Of a DNA stretch of 30,162 bases, positions 8,657 to 17,362 are shown piece after piece. A model generated the notes under the pieces. The model saw only the letters and a list, made by a program, of their open reading frames with translations, made no database searches and was not told the DNA's origin. Origin of the DNA: Candidatus Pacearchaeota archaeon (GTDB lineage Archaea > Nanobdellota > Nanobdellia > Pacearchaeales > GW2011-AR1); contig VGKP01000011.1 of NCBI GenBank assembly GCA_016866975.1, positions 1 through 30,162 of the forward strand, in the 5' to 3' direction. The position numbers were made by a program, and so were the translations under genes. Every line of letters starts with the position of its first letter. The stretch's first letter is position 1.

Positions 8657-9561
8657 TAGATATAATAATTGCCTCATACAGAGAACCAAAGTCGACTTTA
8701 AGGGCCGTAGAGACTTTTCTTAAGCAGACAAAGGGCAGGAAAGATATCAGAGTGACAGTGGTCGATCCTTTCATAGAAGTGGAAGAATATCTTAATAAGA
8801 GAATAAAAGATCCAAGGTTTGTGTTTTATTTAGATCCAGGAGAAGGAAAAAGCTATGCCTTAAATCTACTTTTTCAGGAATATGCCTCTACAAATACAGA
8901 AGATTTTTTCATTTTGACCGATGGAGATGTATATGCATCAGATGGTGCAGTGTCAGCCATAGAGGAAGCATTTGCAGACGAGAAGGTAGGATGCATTACT
9001 GGAAAACCAGTTTCTGTGGATCAGTTGGATACAAAATATGGTTATTGGGCACATGTAGCATTTTCAGGCATAGATAGGGCAAGGCGAAGTTATTCTATAC
9101 AGAAAAAATTTTTTGAGTGTTCAGGATATTTATTTGCTATTAGGAAGAGTGTGGTTATGGATTTCCCATTGGAGACCAGCGAAGATAGCATAATACCTTA
9201 CTTATTCTGGAAGAAAGGGTATGGTATAAAATATGTCTCAAATGCAGAAGTATATGTTAAAAATCCTTCCAATTGGAAAGACTGGTTGGCACAGAAAATT
9301 AGGAATATAAAAGCACACGAGAACCTTAATAAGATAGCTCCAGATCTTCCAAGAACAAAATCTTTCTGGAACGAAATAAGATGGGGAATATTTTTTGCAC
9401 TCCGGCAGCCAAGATCATTAAAGCAGTTTTGGTGGACAATAGAGTTGTATTTTGCCAGATTGTATTTATATGTCAAAGCATTCAAGGAATTAAGGAAAAA
9501 GTCAAATTATCAAGATGGGTGGCGCGGCCAGGCAATCACTGAGAGTACAAAAATGGAGTAG
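8653..9561 (+). CDS. Glycosyltransferase family 2
   Basis: DIIIASY.E, GKSYALN, ILTDGD (DxD), SGYLFAIRK, SED and QKIR (QxxR-like). Confidence 0.85.
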   Translation: MIDIIIASYREPKSTLRAVETFLKQTKGRKDIRVTVVDPFIEVEEYLNKRIKDPRFVFYLDPGEGKSYALNLLFQEYASTNTEDFFILTDGDVYASDGAVSAIEEAFADEKVGCITGKPVSVDQLDTKYGYWAHVAFSGIDRARRSYSIQKKFFECSGYLFAIRKSVVMDFPLETSEDSIIPYLFWKKGYGIKYVSNAEVYVKNPSNWKDWLAQKIRNIKAHENLNKIAPDLPRTKSFWNEIRWGIFFALRQPRSLKQFWWTIELYFARLYLYVKAFKELRKKSNYQDGWRGQAITESTKME

Positions 9562-9679
9562 TTTGTCGTCGACATAAAAATTGTTTTTAGAAAGCTTTAA
9601 AAATATACATTAACGAATATCATATACCTATAAGAAGAAATTCAAAAAGATAAGGCAGATACAATAGTTACTATATCCT

Positions 9680-9791
9680 ATGTCAGGGAACTTGACTGAT
9701 AACTCCCCACTTAAGTATGGGGTCGTTCCTTGAACATCAGGAACTTTCAGTTCCTGAATGCCTCGAAAACCAAAGGTTTTCTCTGCATTCA
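9680..9791. repeat. Cluster of nested inverted repeats (MITE/REP-like, or IS200/IS605-type end remnant)
   Basis: TCAGGGAAC(9683-91)/GTTCCTTGA(9725-33) encloses CCCCA..TGGGG(9705-22). Then TCAGGAACT-TTC-AGTTCCTGA(9737-57) and TGAATGC-CTC-GAAAACC-AAA-GGTTTTC-TCT-GCATTCA(9755-91). Confidence 0.7.
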
Positions 9792-9887
9792 AATCTCAAG
9801 AATATACCATTCTTGATGGCGCGAACAGCAAAGTGCTTTTGATTTTGGATAGACAGCAACTGGCGTAAGCTCTCTTCAATTGATAAA

Positions 9888-10166
9888 ATGAAAAACTTAA
9901 ATGGAAGAATCGCAAGGAGATTGAACAGGCCTCAGCAAATGGACCTATACGATATGGAGTCAAACATAGTTTTAACAGATATGCAGGAGAGATTTGTCTT
10001 CGCTCATTTTTTCTCACCAGATAGTCGGGAAGGCAGATTCAGGCTTGCGCTGCTTGATTTTCCAGAACCAGCAGAGCAGATAGAATTGGTAAGGAGAAAG
10101 AACATACCTCTGGAAGATATATTGCATATTAAGGGGAAAAAGAATTATAGGGATAAGGAAAATTGA
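9888..10166 (+). CDS. Hypothetical protein, 92 aa
   Basis: ORF fills the gap and converges on the NDT gene with a 4-nt spacer. No motif and no clear promoter. Confidence 0.45.
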   Translation: MKNLNGRIARRLNRPQQMDLYDMESNIVLTDMQERFVFAHFFSPDSREGRFRLALLDFPEPAEQIELVRRKNIPLEDILHIKGKKNYRDKEN

Positions 10167-10170
10167 CTCA

Positions 10171-10584
10171 TCAGACAAGCAGCATCTCTTTTATTTTATT
10201 CTCCAATTCTTTAAAAGATGTCACTATAGGCATGCTCGCAATCAAGATTGAAGATAGATATTCAAATCCTTCTGCAGTGCTTTCATCTGTCTTCAATCCA
10301 ATGGCAGGGATTCCCTTCGCATAGGCATATCCAAGTTCCCAAGCAGTGCCTGCACCGACATGTAATCCGTCTAATGAGGCGATCACAAGTTCTACTTCTT
10401 TGAATCCCTCAGTTATATCTCCTTCAAATATTCTATCTGCATCTTTTATGTTTTCAGCAAATCCCACATCTCTATGTGGTAGGAATGTCTCCAAACCGAG
10501 TTCCTTGCATAGCTTGTCTATCTTTTCCAGTTGCTCTTTTTCACTCTCAGTCCATATTTTACCTGCAAGGTATACTTTAGCCAT
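10171..10584 (-). CDS. Nucleoside 2-deoxyribosyltransferase / nucleotide N-hydrolase family protein
   Basis: KVYLAG, FLPHRD, IF..D, LDG..VG.GTAWELGYAYAKGIP with the catalytic Glu kept. ATG 10584 chosen from the TATA-like box at 10606-10613. Confidence 0.88.
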   Translation of the reverse strand: MAKVYLAGKIWTESEKEQLEKIDKLCKELGLETFLPHRDVGFAENIKDADRIFEGDITEGFKEVELVIASLDGLHVGAGTAWELGYAYAKGIPAIGLKTDESTAEGFEYLSSILIASMPIVTSFKELENKIKEMLLV

Positions 10585-10622
10585 CCTAAAGACCATAAAA
10601 AAGAGATTATAAGGTTTCCTAA

Positions 10623-11399
10623 TCAGAATTTCTTTTCTAAACGAATAAAACCGCCGAACTTGTTGTCTTTGCCGTTGAAGCCTGCCTGCGCGCGGACGCC
10701 GAGCGTTGCGCTCATGCTTTTGCTGAATGCATACGTGAAAGGCAGGATTGCACGTACATGCGCAGTGCCTTCGTCACTGTTGTAGAAATTTTTGCCAGAG
10801 AGATACGTCCATGAGACAGTTGGAGCAAGGGAGAGCTTTTCAGTGCGTTGATAAGGCAAAGTGGCAGAAGCGACAAGCATCGAGCCGTCGCTACCTTGCT
10901 GTCCGAGTAGCTGCACTATGCTTGCTTTTGCTTCGAGCGAAGTTTTCTCGCTCAGTTTCTGCTGAAGCCAGAGACTTGGCTCGATGATAGCGTGGCTCTT
11001 TCCCAACTTGCCTGCGATGCCGTATTCCCACCACGCGCCATGCAGCGATAAGCCTGCTTTCATCGTATCTGTTTTTATGATAGGGGGCGAGCTGTAACTG
11101 ACGCCGAGGTCAAGCTCGTGCATGCCTTCTTTGTTTAAACCAGAATCAAGATTCTGATTGAGCCAAGTATATGCAGAGAATCTGCCGAGCTTACCTGCGT
11201 TGTAGAAAATAGAAAATTCGGGCTGCACAACAGGTCCTTCTTTATCCGTTGGAAAAAATCCGGGGCGTGTCCAGTATACATCTCCTAAAGTAATTGCTAC
11301 GTTTGCGCTCAAAGGAGATTTTTTGGAATCAGCAGCATTCAGGGAAATTGCCTGTACGAAAGCTAATCCCACCAGTTGAAGTTTACTGCAGAGTTGCAT
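10623..11399 (-). CDS. Secreted beta-strand-rich protein resembling bacterial outer-membrane beta-barrels (TorF/Gcw_chp-like putative porin)
   Basis: Signal-peptide-like N-terminus (…QAISLNA|A). YWTRPG…GPVVQP…W…ELDLGVSY parallels the TorF-type pattern. Alternating amphipathic strands and a C-terminal Phe (GFIRLEKKF). AGGAGG at 11412-11417. Confidence 0.6.
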   Translation of the reverse strand: MQLCSKLQLVGLAFVQAISLNAADSKKSPLSANVAITLGDVYWTRPGFFPTDKEGPVVQPEFSIFYNAGKLGRFSAYTWLNQNLDSGLNKEGMHELDLGVSYSSPPIIKTDTMKAGLSLHGAWWEYGIAGKLGKSHAIIEPSLWLQQKLSEKTSLEAKASIVQLLGQQGSDGSMLVASATLPYQRTEKLSLAPTVSWTYLSGKNFYNSDEGTAHVRAILPFTYAFSKSMSATLGVRAQAGFNGKDNKFGGFIRLEKKF

Positions 11400-11959
11400 T
11401 GTAACTGCTTCCCTCCTTTTTCAATAGATTCTCTTGTAACTTGCATTATCAAAGGTTTCAGCGAGTCTGCTATATTCTTATAATCGTCTTTCTGATAAGA
11501 AGTTTTTACTGCTGAGTGAATATTCACTTTCAAACACGCGTTATGATAAGGAAATTTTTGTAGCATCATTGTTACAATTTCAGAGGCGATGTTTTTTTCG
11601 TTGCTTTGAGCTGCAGATATAGCTATAGAATCTGGATTCGCCCTTAATCTATCGTACCTGCCATCTTGCTTGATGTCATCGAAATGGTCTACATACGCAA
11701 TATACCATGTGACATTTTTCGGCAAAACTTGGCGTTCAGACAATTCTAGATTCGTGAAGACTTGCACAGGGGTCTTTCTCTGGGCGCGGTAATGCTCCGA
11801 TTTTTTATTTTCTTCGTTAAAACGAGTTGCTTCAACATCAAAAGTATATAAAAAGATTGGAGTCTGGTACTCTAGTACAAGCTTCCTCTTGGTAGGTCTG
11901 AAAGTGAAGCTTTGCTCTGTTCTTGTCTCCAAATCTTTTGGTTTATTTTGTTCTTTCAT
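11363..11959 (-). CDS. Hypothetical protein, 198 aa
   Basis: Soluble-looking ORF with a TATA-like TATATAG about 22 nt upstream. Overlaps the beta-barrel-like gene by 37 bp. No recognised motif. Confidence 0.55.
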   Translation of the reverse strand: MKEQNKPKDLETRTEQSFTFRPTKRKLVLEYQTPIFLYTFDVEATRFNEENKKSEHYRAQRKTPVQVFTNLELSERQVLPKNVTWYIAYVDHFDDIKQDGRYDRLRANPDSIAISAAQSNEKNIASEIVTMMLQKFPYHNACLKVNIHSAVKTSYQKDDYKNIADSLKPLIMQVTRESIEKGGKQLQCNSAVNFNWWD

Positions 11960-11996
11960 AGTAATGAATCTCTAAGAAGCCTATATAGTTTATTGC

Positions 11997-12012
11997 GGTG
12001 GCAAAAACCACC
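11997..12012. promoter_or_regulatory. Candidate operator GGTGG-N6-CCACC between divergent promoters
   Basis: Inverted repeat between the TATA-like boxes of the 11959 (-) gene and the TrmB (+) gene. Confidence 0.35.
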
Positions 12013-12053
12013 AAAATAGGAAGAGTTAAAAGGTAAGGAAACAGAGAAAGTGA

Positions 12054-12797
12054 ATGCATGAAGAACTCTTGCGTGAGATTGGTCTGAGCGTGAATGAGGC
12101 ACGCGTGTATGAAGCACTTCTTTCCACTGGAGAGACTTCAGTGCAGTCCCTATCTCTCAAATCAAAAGTACATCGCAGGAATGTCTATGATGCGCTGGCG
12201 AAGCTGCTGGAGAAAGGCCTTGCGGCAGAAGTCTTTGTTGGAGGGGAGAAGCGCTTTAGAGCTGTTGAGCCTGCCCGTCTTCTTGCACTCCTTAAGGAAA
12301 GAGAAGAAAAAATTACTAAGGTTCTGCCAGATATGCAACAGAAATTTACATCTAAGGAAGAAGAAACTGCAGCATACCTATACAAGGGAATTGAAGGTTT
12401 CAAGAATTACCTGCGCGACATTTTGAAAACGCGTGAGACTGTGTATTTCATCGGTGCGAAAGCGTTCTGGCTCGATGCGCGATTACAGCACTTCCTGCCA
12501 GGATTTGAGCGAGAGAGGAAAAGATTGGGCATCAAATACATGCATCTCTTTGATTTTGAAGTAAAGACGCAAATGCCCGACATCTTGAAAGTTGTGGGCA
12601 AGCCCTATAAATTTCTTCCAAAGGGATACTCAAGCCCCACTTCCATAGATATCTTCGGAGACCATGTTGTTACTTTTGTCGGTGTTGGTCCAGGAAAACT
12701 CGATGAAGAGCCTTTGCAATTTGTCATGAAAAATAGGCGGCTTGCTGATGGCTATCGTAAATTCTTTCAATTTATGTGGGATCATTGCGAAGATTAA
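12054..12797 (+). CDS. TrmB-family transcriptional regulator
   Basis: IGLSVNEARVYEALL…R.NVYDAL.KL.EKGL wHTH, then A..P..L, YKG..G.K.Y..DIL and a C-terminal IFGD.V effector-type domain. Confidence 0.9.
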   Translation: MHEELLREIGLSVNEARVYEALLSTGETSVQSLSLKSKVHRRNVYDALAKLLEKGLAAEVFVGGEKRFRAVEPARLLALLKEREEKITKVLPDMQQKFTSKEEETAAYLYKGIEGFKNYLRDILKTRETVYFIGAKAFWLDARLQHFLPGFERERKRLGIKYMHLFDFEVKTQMPDILKVVGKPYKFLPKGYSSPTSIDIFGDHVVTFVGVGPGKLDEEPLQFVMKNRRLADGYRKFFQFMWDHCED

Positions 12798-12841
12798 GAC
12801 TGTTCCATAAGCATTAAAAACTCTGTTCTTTTTTGAGAATC

Positions 12842-13843
12842 ATGAATGCATGTATCATAAAATTAGGCGCAGATGGCGACGTTCTGCGCACACTTCCTCT
12901 AGCCAAAGCAATACATGAAGAAAAGAAAGCCACAATAACATGGATTACTAAAGGGGATATATCAACTCTTCTTGAAGGTCTGCCTTATATTAAAAGAGTT
13001 ATAACTCTAGAGAACATTCAAGAAATTGAAGATGAAAGTTTTGATATATTATATAATTTTGACGTAGATGAGGAAGCACTTGAACTTGCTGAAGTTATTC
13101 AATCAGATAAAAAATATGGATTTTATGATGCCGATGGCTATCCAGTAGCATATAATTCAGGCGGAGAATACTATCTCAACACAATGTTTGATGACGATCT
13201 CAAAAAGACAAACAAGAAGACATATCAGGAGATGATGTTTGAAGTTGCAGAAATGCCCTTTAAGAAAGAACGTTGTTCATTGAAACTAAATAAAGAAGAT
13301 CAAGTATATGCAAAATCATTTGCAGATTCTCATACTCTCAAAGGAAAAAAAATCATAGGAATACACATGGGCTCTTCTTCTCGGTGGCCTTCAAAAACAT
13401 GGCACTTAGAAAGAGTTCAAGATTTTATTCAAATAGCAAATAAAAAAGGATATGAAATAATATTATTTGGGGGGCCCAATGAAGTGGATAAGCATGCATT
13501 ATTAGTTGAGCACTTACATAATGCAGGGCTTAAGGTATATCGTAACGACCCTAGAAACACCAAACGTGAATTTGCATCTTTGGTTTCTCTTTGTGATTTA
13601 TTGGTATGTGGCGACAGTTTTTCTCTTCATGTCGCCTTAGGTTTGGGAATTAAATCAGTAGTATTATTTTTTGTGACAAGTCCAGCCGAGGTCGAAACCT
13701 ACGGATTGAGTATAAAAATAGAATCTCCTTTATTAAAGGAATTTTTTCCGGAAAGGAGCAACGAATACAACGAACAGCTTGTAAAGAGCATCTCTGCTGA
13801 GGAAGTTATGGGTGCTGTTGATAAGCTGCATAACAAAACATAA
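12842..13843 (+). CDS. Glycosyltransferase family 9 (LPS heptosyltransferase-like, GT-B)
   Basis: IIKLGADGDVLRTLPL, IGIHMG.S.RWPSK.W, LVCGDS…LHVA. ATG 12842 is 21 nt from ATTAAAAA. Confidence 0.85.
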   Translation: MNACIIKLGADGDVLRTLPLAKAIHEEKKATITWITKGDISTLLEGLPYIKRVITLENIQEIEDESFDILYNFDVDEEALELAEVIQSDKKYGFYDADGYPVAYNSGGEYYLNTMFDDDLKKTNKKTYQEMMFEVAEMPFKKERCSLKLNKEDQVYAKSFADSHTLKGKKIIGIHMGSSSRWPSKTWHLERVQDFIQIANKKGYEIILFGGPNEVDKHALLVEHLHNAGLKVYRNDPRNTKREFASLVSLCDLLVCGDSFSLHVALGLGIKSVVLFFVTSPAEVETYGLSIKIESPLLKEFFPERSNEYNEQLVKSISAEEVMGAVDKLHNKT

Positions 13844-13867
13844 AAACCCTCTTTTCTTCAGGAAAAT

Positions 13868-15481
13868 ATGCCTGATGATTCGGAGAATACAAAAAAAGTG
13901 AAGTTATGGTTAAGGGATCATAGCAATATACTGGCGTTATTGATAACAGCATTTGCATTCATCCTTCACATATATTTCCTTAGAATGGCATCTGGCCAGG
14001 TACTTTGGTGGGATGAAGCTGAATATATGTCTACAGCCAAGCACTGGGCCCTTGATCTTCCTTATACTCTAAATCCTCAAAGGCCCCCCTTGTTCCAATT
14101 AGCAGCAGCCTTTTTCATTAGGCTGGGGCTTGACGAATTCATAATAAAGTTATTGCTGATAGTCGTTCCAGCAACTGCTCTTGTTTTCTTTACATATCTG
14201 TTAGGTAAAGAGTTGTTTGATAAGAAGACAGGATTGTTTGCTGCTTTGGCATCTGCTGGAATGTGGTCATATTCATTTTGGGGGGCAAGATTCCAACCAG
14301 ATTTTCTTTCAGTAAGTTTCCAGGTTTTTTCTCTTTTTTTCTTTTGGAAGATGTTTAAAAATCCCTCGAGCAAATTTGCAGTTTTGGGAGGTATATGCGC
14401 TGCACTCGGATTTTACTTTAAGATCTCAGCACTATTGGTGCCGCTGGCAATTTTTATCTTTGCAATCTGGAAAGACCATCTTGAAGCTTTTAAGAAAAAA
14501 GAGTATTGGTATGCAGCCTTAGCCTTCATAATAGCCCTTATTCCATTTATGATCTGGCAGTATTCTTCATTTGGTCATCCATTGGAATTCGCCAAATCCT
14601 ATGGTATAGAGGGAGGCACAGCCGAGAGGGATTTTGGATGGAAGACATTAGACTTTTTTACATTATTTCCCAAGGAGGTTTTTTTCATTCTTTTTGTGAT
14701 AGGAGTAATAGGCTCTTTCATATATTTAGGATTAAGATTTGACTTGATCTTGAAAGATAAGGATAAAAGGTTGGATCCCAAAATATTCTCACTGATTGTT
14801 CTTGCATCAGTCGCAGCATTCTATATATTTTACATCCAGGGAGAGATAGAGGACAGATGGGTATTTCTTATAACTCCATTTATTTTCTTCTTTGCAGCTC
14901 AGGGCATCTTCTCTCTTTTCTCATTATTCAAGATACATAAGAAAGAGGCCAAGATAGTGCTTCTGCTTTTACTCTTCGGTATATATTTCTACTCGCAAGT
15001 TCCATTTGCTACTGACCTAATCAAGAGTAAATTACCTTCTTATGTGCCTGTAAAGGAAGCAGGTCTTTGGGTAAAAGAGAATTCTTCACCCTCAGATTCC
15101 ATTGTAAGTGCTTCTTATACTCAGATGACTGCTTATTCAGAAAGACAAGTTCACATTTTCGCACCTTGTCCTTATGTATGCTTACCTTATAAGAATGAAG
15201 AAGAATTTGATCAAGCACTTTTAGAAAAAAAACCCAAATATGTGATGGTATCTCTTTTTGAGGGCCACCCGCCATGGATATTTCAGCAACAGATGCAGAA
15301 GAATGGCATTCAAGCAATAATAATGCCTTATTTTAATTCTTCTATAGCTTTCAATCAACAGAGACAAGTTATTGCAGCCGATATAAAGCAGGCAACTCAA
15401 AGAGGACCTATAGAATTTGAACTTGTATTTCCAAAAAATCAATTCAACGGCGTGTTTATCTACGAAGTAAGGTATTCATAA
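13868..15481 (+). CDS. GT-C fold membrane glycosyltransferase (ArnT/PMT-like)
   Basis: WWDEAEY and RPPL in the first external loop, about 11-13 hydrophobic segments, and a C-terminal soluble domain. Confidence 0.8.
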   Translation: MPDDSENTKKVKLWLRDHSNILALLITAFAFILHIYFLRMASGQVLWWDEAEYMSTAKHWALDLPYTLNPQRPPLFQLAAAFFIRLGLDEFIIKLLLIVVPATALVFFTYLLGKELFDKKTGLFAALASAGMWSYSFWGARFQPDFLSVSFQVFSLFFFWKMFKNPSSKFAVLGGICAALGFYFKISALLVPLAIFIFAIWKDHLEAFKKKEYWYAALAFIIALIPFMIWQYSSFGHPLEFAKSYGIEGGTAERDFGWKTLDFFTLFPKEVFFILFVIGVIGSFIYLGLRFDLILKDKDKRLDPKIFSLIVLASVAAFYIFYIQGEIEDRWVFLITPFIFFFAAQGIFSLFSLFKIHKKEAKIVLLLLLFGIYFYSQVPFATDLIKSKLPSYVPVKEAGLWVKENSSPSDSIVSASYTQMTAYSERQVHIFAPCPYVCLPYKNEEEFDQALLEKKPKYVMVSLFEGHPPWIFQQQMQKNGIQAIIMPYFNSSIAFNQQRQVIAADIKQATQRGPIEFELVFPKNQFNGVFIYEVRYS

Positions 15482-15497
15482 GCAAACTTCCTCAATC

Positions 15498-15505
15498 TTT
15501 ATAAA
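15498..15505 (+). promoter_or_regulatory. TATA-like box TTTATAAA
   Basis: 21 nt upstream of the ATG at 15527. Confidence 0.5.
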
Positions 15506-15526
15506 TAATCGAGGAATCTTCTTCCT

Positions 15527-17362
15527 ATGTGTGGAATAACAGGTTTTTCTTGGGAAGATAAAGAGCTTTTAAGGAATATGACACAGGAGATAGCTCACAG
15601 AGGTCCAGACGACTTTGGATATTATACCGATAAAGGTATTTCTTTGGGACATAGGAGACTCAGTATCTTAGACCTTTCAAGGCGAGGTCATCAGCCAATG
15701 TTCAATGAAAATAAAGATATTGTAGTGGTATTTAACGGAGAGATTTACAATTTTCCCTCTCTGAAGGAAGACTTGCAAAAAAAGCGCCACAAGTTCGCGA
15801 GCACTTCAGATACAGAAGTCATAATTCATGGTTATGAAGAATATGGTTTGGATATTTGCAGTAAACTAAAAGGCATGTTTGCCTTTGCTTTATGGGATAC
15901 AAAGAAAAAATTACTTCTTCTTGCAAGAGACCAGATAGGAGAGAAACCTCTCTACTATTCCATAATGGGGAAAACTATAATTTTTGCATCTGAGATAAAG
16001 GCCCTATTGACGCATGATATCGCTAGGTCTGTAAATATGCAGGCTCTTTCAGACTATCTAGGATTAAGATTTTCTCCAGGAGAGCAGACTATTTTTGAAG
16101 GAATAAACAAACTTCGTCCTGGCAACTATCTTGTATGGAAGTCTGGAAATGCATCTATTAAAAGATATTATAGTCTGCCAAGTCAGTCTAATGGAAAGGG
16201 AGATGCTAATCAATTAAGGGATATGATGGAGCAAGTAATAAATGAGAGGTTAATGTCAGATGTGCCTCTAGGGGTATTTCTCTCTGGAGGTCTTGATTCC
16301 AGTGCGATTGTCTCATACGTCTCGAGAAACGTGAAAGACCTAAATACTTTTTCAATAGGTTTTGGAGATAAGACAGACGAGACCCATTATGCAAAACTAG
16401 TCTCGGATAAATTCCAGACTAAGCATCATGAAATAATGTCTAGTCAAGATGAGATTCTTAAAAATCTTCCTCAAGTAGTATGGCATCTTGACGAGCCTCT
16501 TGCGGACCCAGCATCTCTCCCTCTTTATGTATTGTCTAGAGAAGTCAGAAGAAAAGTAAAGGTCGCACTTTCAGGAGAAGGTGGAGACGAGGTATTCGGC
16601 GGTTATATTCCTCCAAATGTCTTGGATAAGGTAAGAAAAGTTTTCAGCATTCCTCATCCAATTCGCTCAGTAGTAGCTAAGACAGTGGTAAAGCCCGCAT
16701 CAAGTTTGTTCAGTTATCCTCACAAACAGATGATACTGATGGCAGGAGATATAATTAGGAGCCGAAATATGGTAGAGGGCTATAAGAAATTATTTTATCT
16801 CCCATTCGAGCCCAAGGAAAAAAAAGACACGATATGTTCAAAGAATGTTCGTTATGAGACAGTATTTGATGATTTGTTAAAAGATAAGAACTCTCTTTAT
16901 AATGGCACATATCAATATTACTTGAATCACTGGCTTCCAGAGGACCTCCTTATGAAGACGGATAAAACAGGTATGGCGCACGCCCTAGAAATAAGAGCAC
17001 CATTTTTGGACAAAAACCTGATTGATTTTTCTCTGAGGCTGGACCGAAGATATAAGCATGATAGGGCACTATTTAGGCAGACAGTCAAGGAGATTCTACC
17101 TAAAGAAGTTCTAAGGAGAAAAAAGCAAGGTTTCACTCTTCCTTTGTCTAGGTGGTTCGCTAGGAAGGACTTTCTTTCCCGTTCCTTGTCTCACATTGAG
17201 GACTTGGGCAATAGGAAACTATTGGCAAAATCGGAGATAAAAAAGATAGCAGATAATCCACAGCACTTCAGGAATGACCATAAAATATGGGTTCTTCTTC
17301 AACTAGAGCTTTGGTGCAAGATTTATTTAGACAAGAAAAAACTAAATTCAATAGGTATCTAG
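15527..17362 (+). CDS. asnB: Asparagine synthase (glutamine-hydrolysing) family amidotransferase
   Basis: MCGI (catalytic Cys2), HRGPD, GHRRLSILD, FNGEIYN, SGGLDSS, SGEGGDE.FGGY, R.PFLD. Confidence 0.92.
   Translation: MCGITGFSWEDKELLRNMTQEIAHRGPDDFGYYTDKGISLGHRRLSILDLSRRGHQPMFNENKDIVVVFNGEIYNFPSLKEDLQKKRHKFASTSDTEVIIHGYEEYGLDICSKLKGMFAFALWDTKKKLLLLARDQIGEKPLYYSIMGKTIIFASEIKALLTHDIARSVNMQALSDYLGLRFSPGEQTIFEGINKLRPGNYLVWKSGNASIKRYYSLPSQSNGKGDANQLRDMMEQVINERLMSDVPLGVFLSGGLDSSAIVSYVSRNVKDLNTFSIGFGDKTDETHYAKLVSDKFQTKHHEIMSSQDEILKNLPQVVWHLDEPLADPASLPLYVLSREVRRKVKVALSGEGGDEVFGGYIPPNVLDKVRKVFSIPHPIRSVVAKTVVKPASSLFSYPHKQMILMAGDIIRSRNMVEGYKKLFYLPFEPKEKKDTICSKNVRYETVFDDLLKDKNSLYNGTYQYYLNHWLPEDLLMKTDKTGMAHALEIRAPFLDKNLIDFSLRLDRRYKHDRALFRQTVKEILPKEVLRRKKQGFTLPLSRWFARKDFLSRSLSHIEDLGNRKLLAKSEIKKIADNPQHFRNDHKIWVLLQLELWCKIYLDKKKLNSIGI

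Noticed and set aside
9680-9791. Possible CRISPR array or tRNA
   Set aside because: No direct repeats with spacers, no cloverleaf or T-loop consensus, and no cas genes in the window.
9816-9887. In-frame upstream extension of the 92-aa ORF (MARTAKCF*FWIDSNWRK…) interrupted by TGA at 9840-9842, suggesting recoding or selenocysteine
   Set aside because: TGA is a real stop elsewhere here (TGATG overlap at 4781-4785, ATGA at 8653-8656), and no SECIS or selenoprotein motif was seen. A nonsense mutation or chance is simpler.
10623-12797. Calling the GC-richer unit a mobile element or prophage
   Set aside because: No integrase, transposase, terminal repeats or target duplication were seen; only the composition differs.
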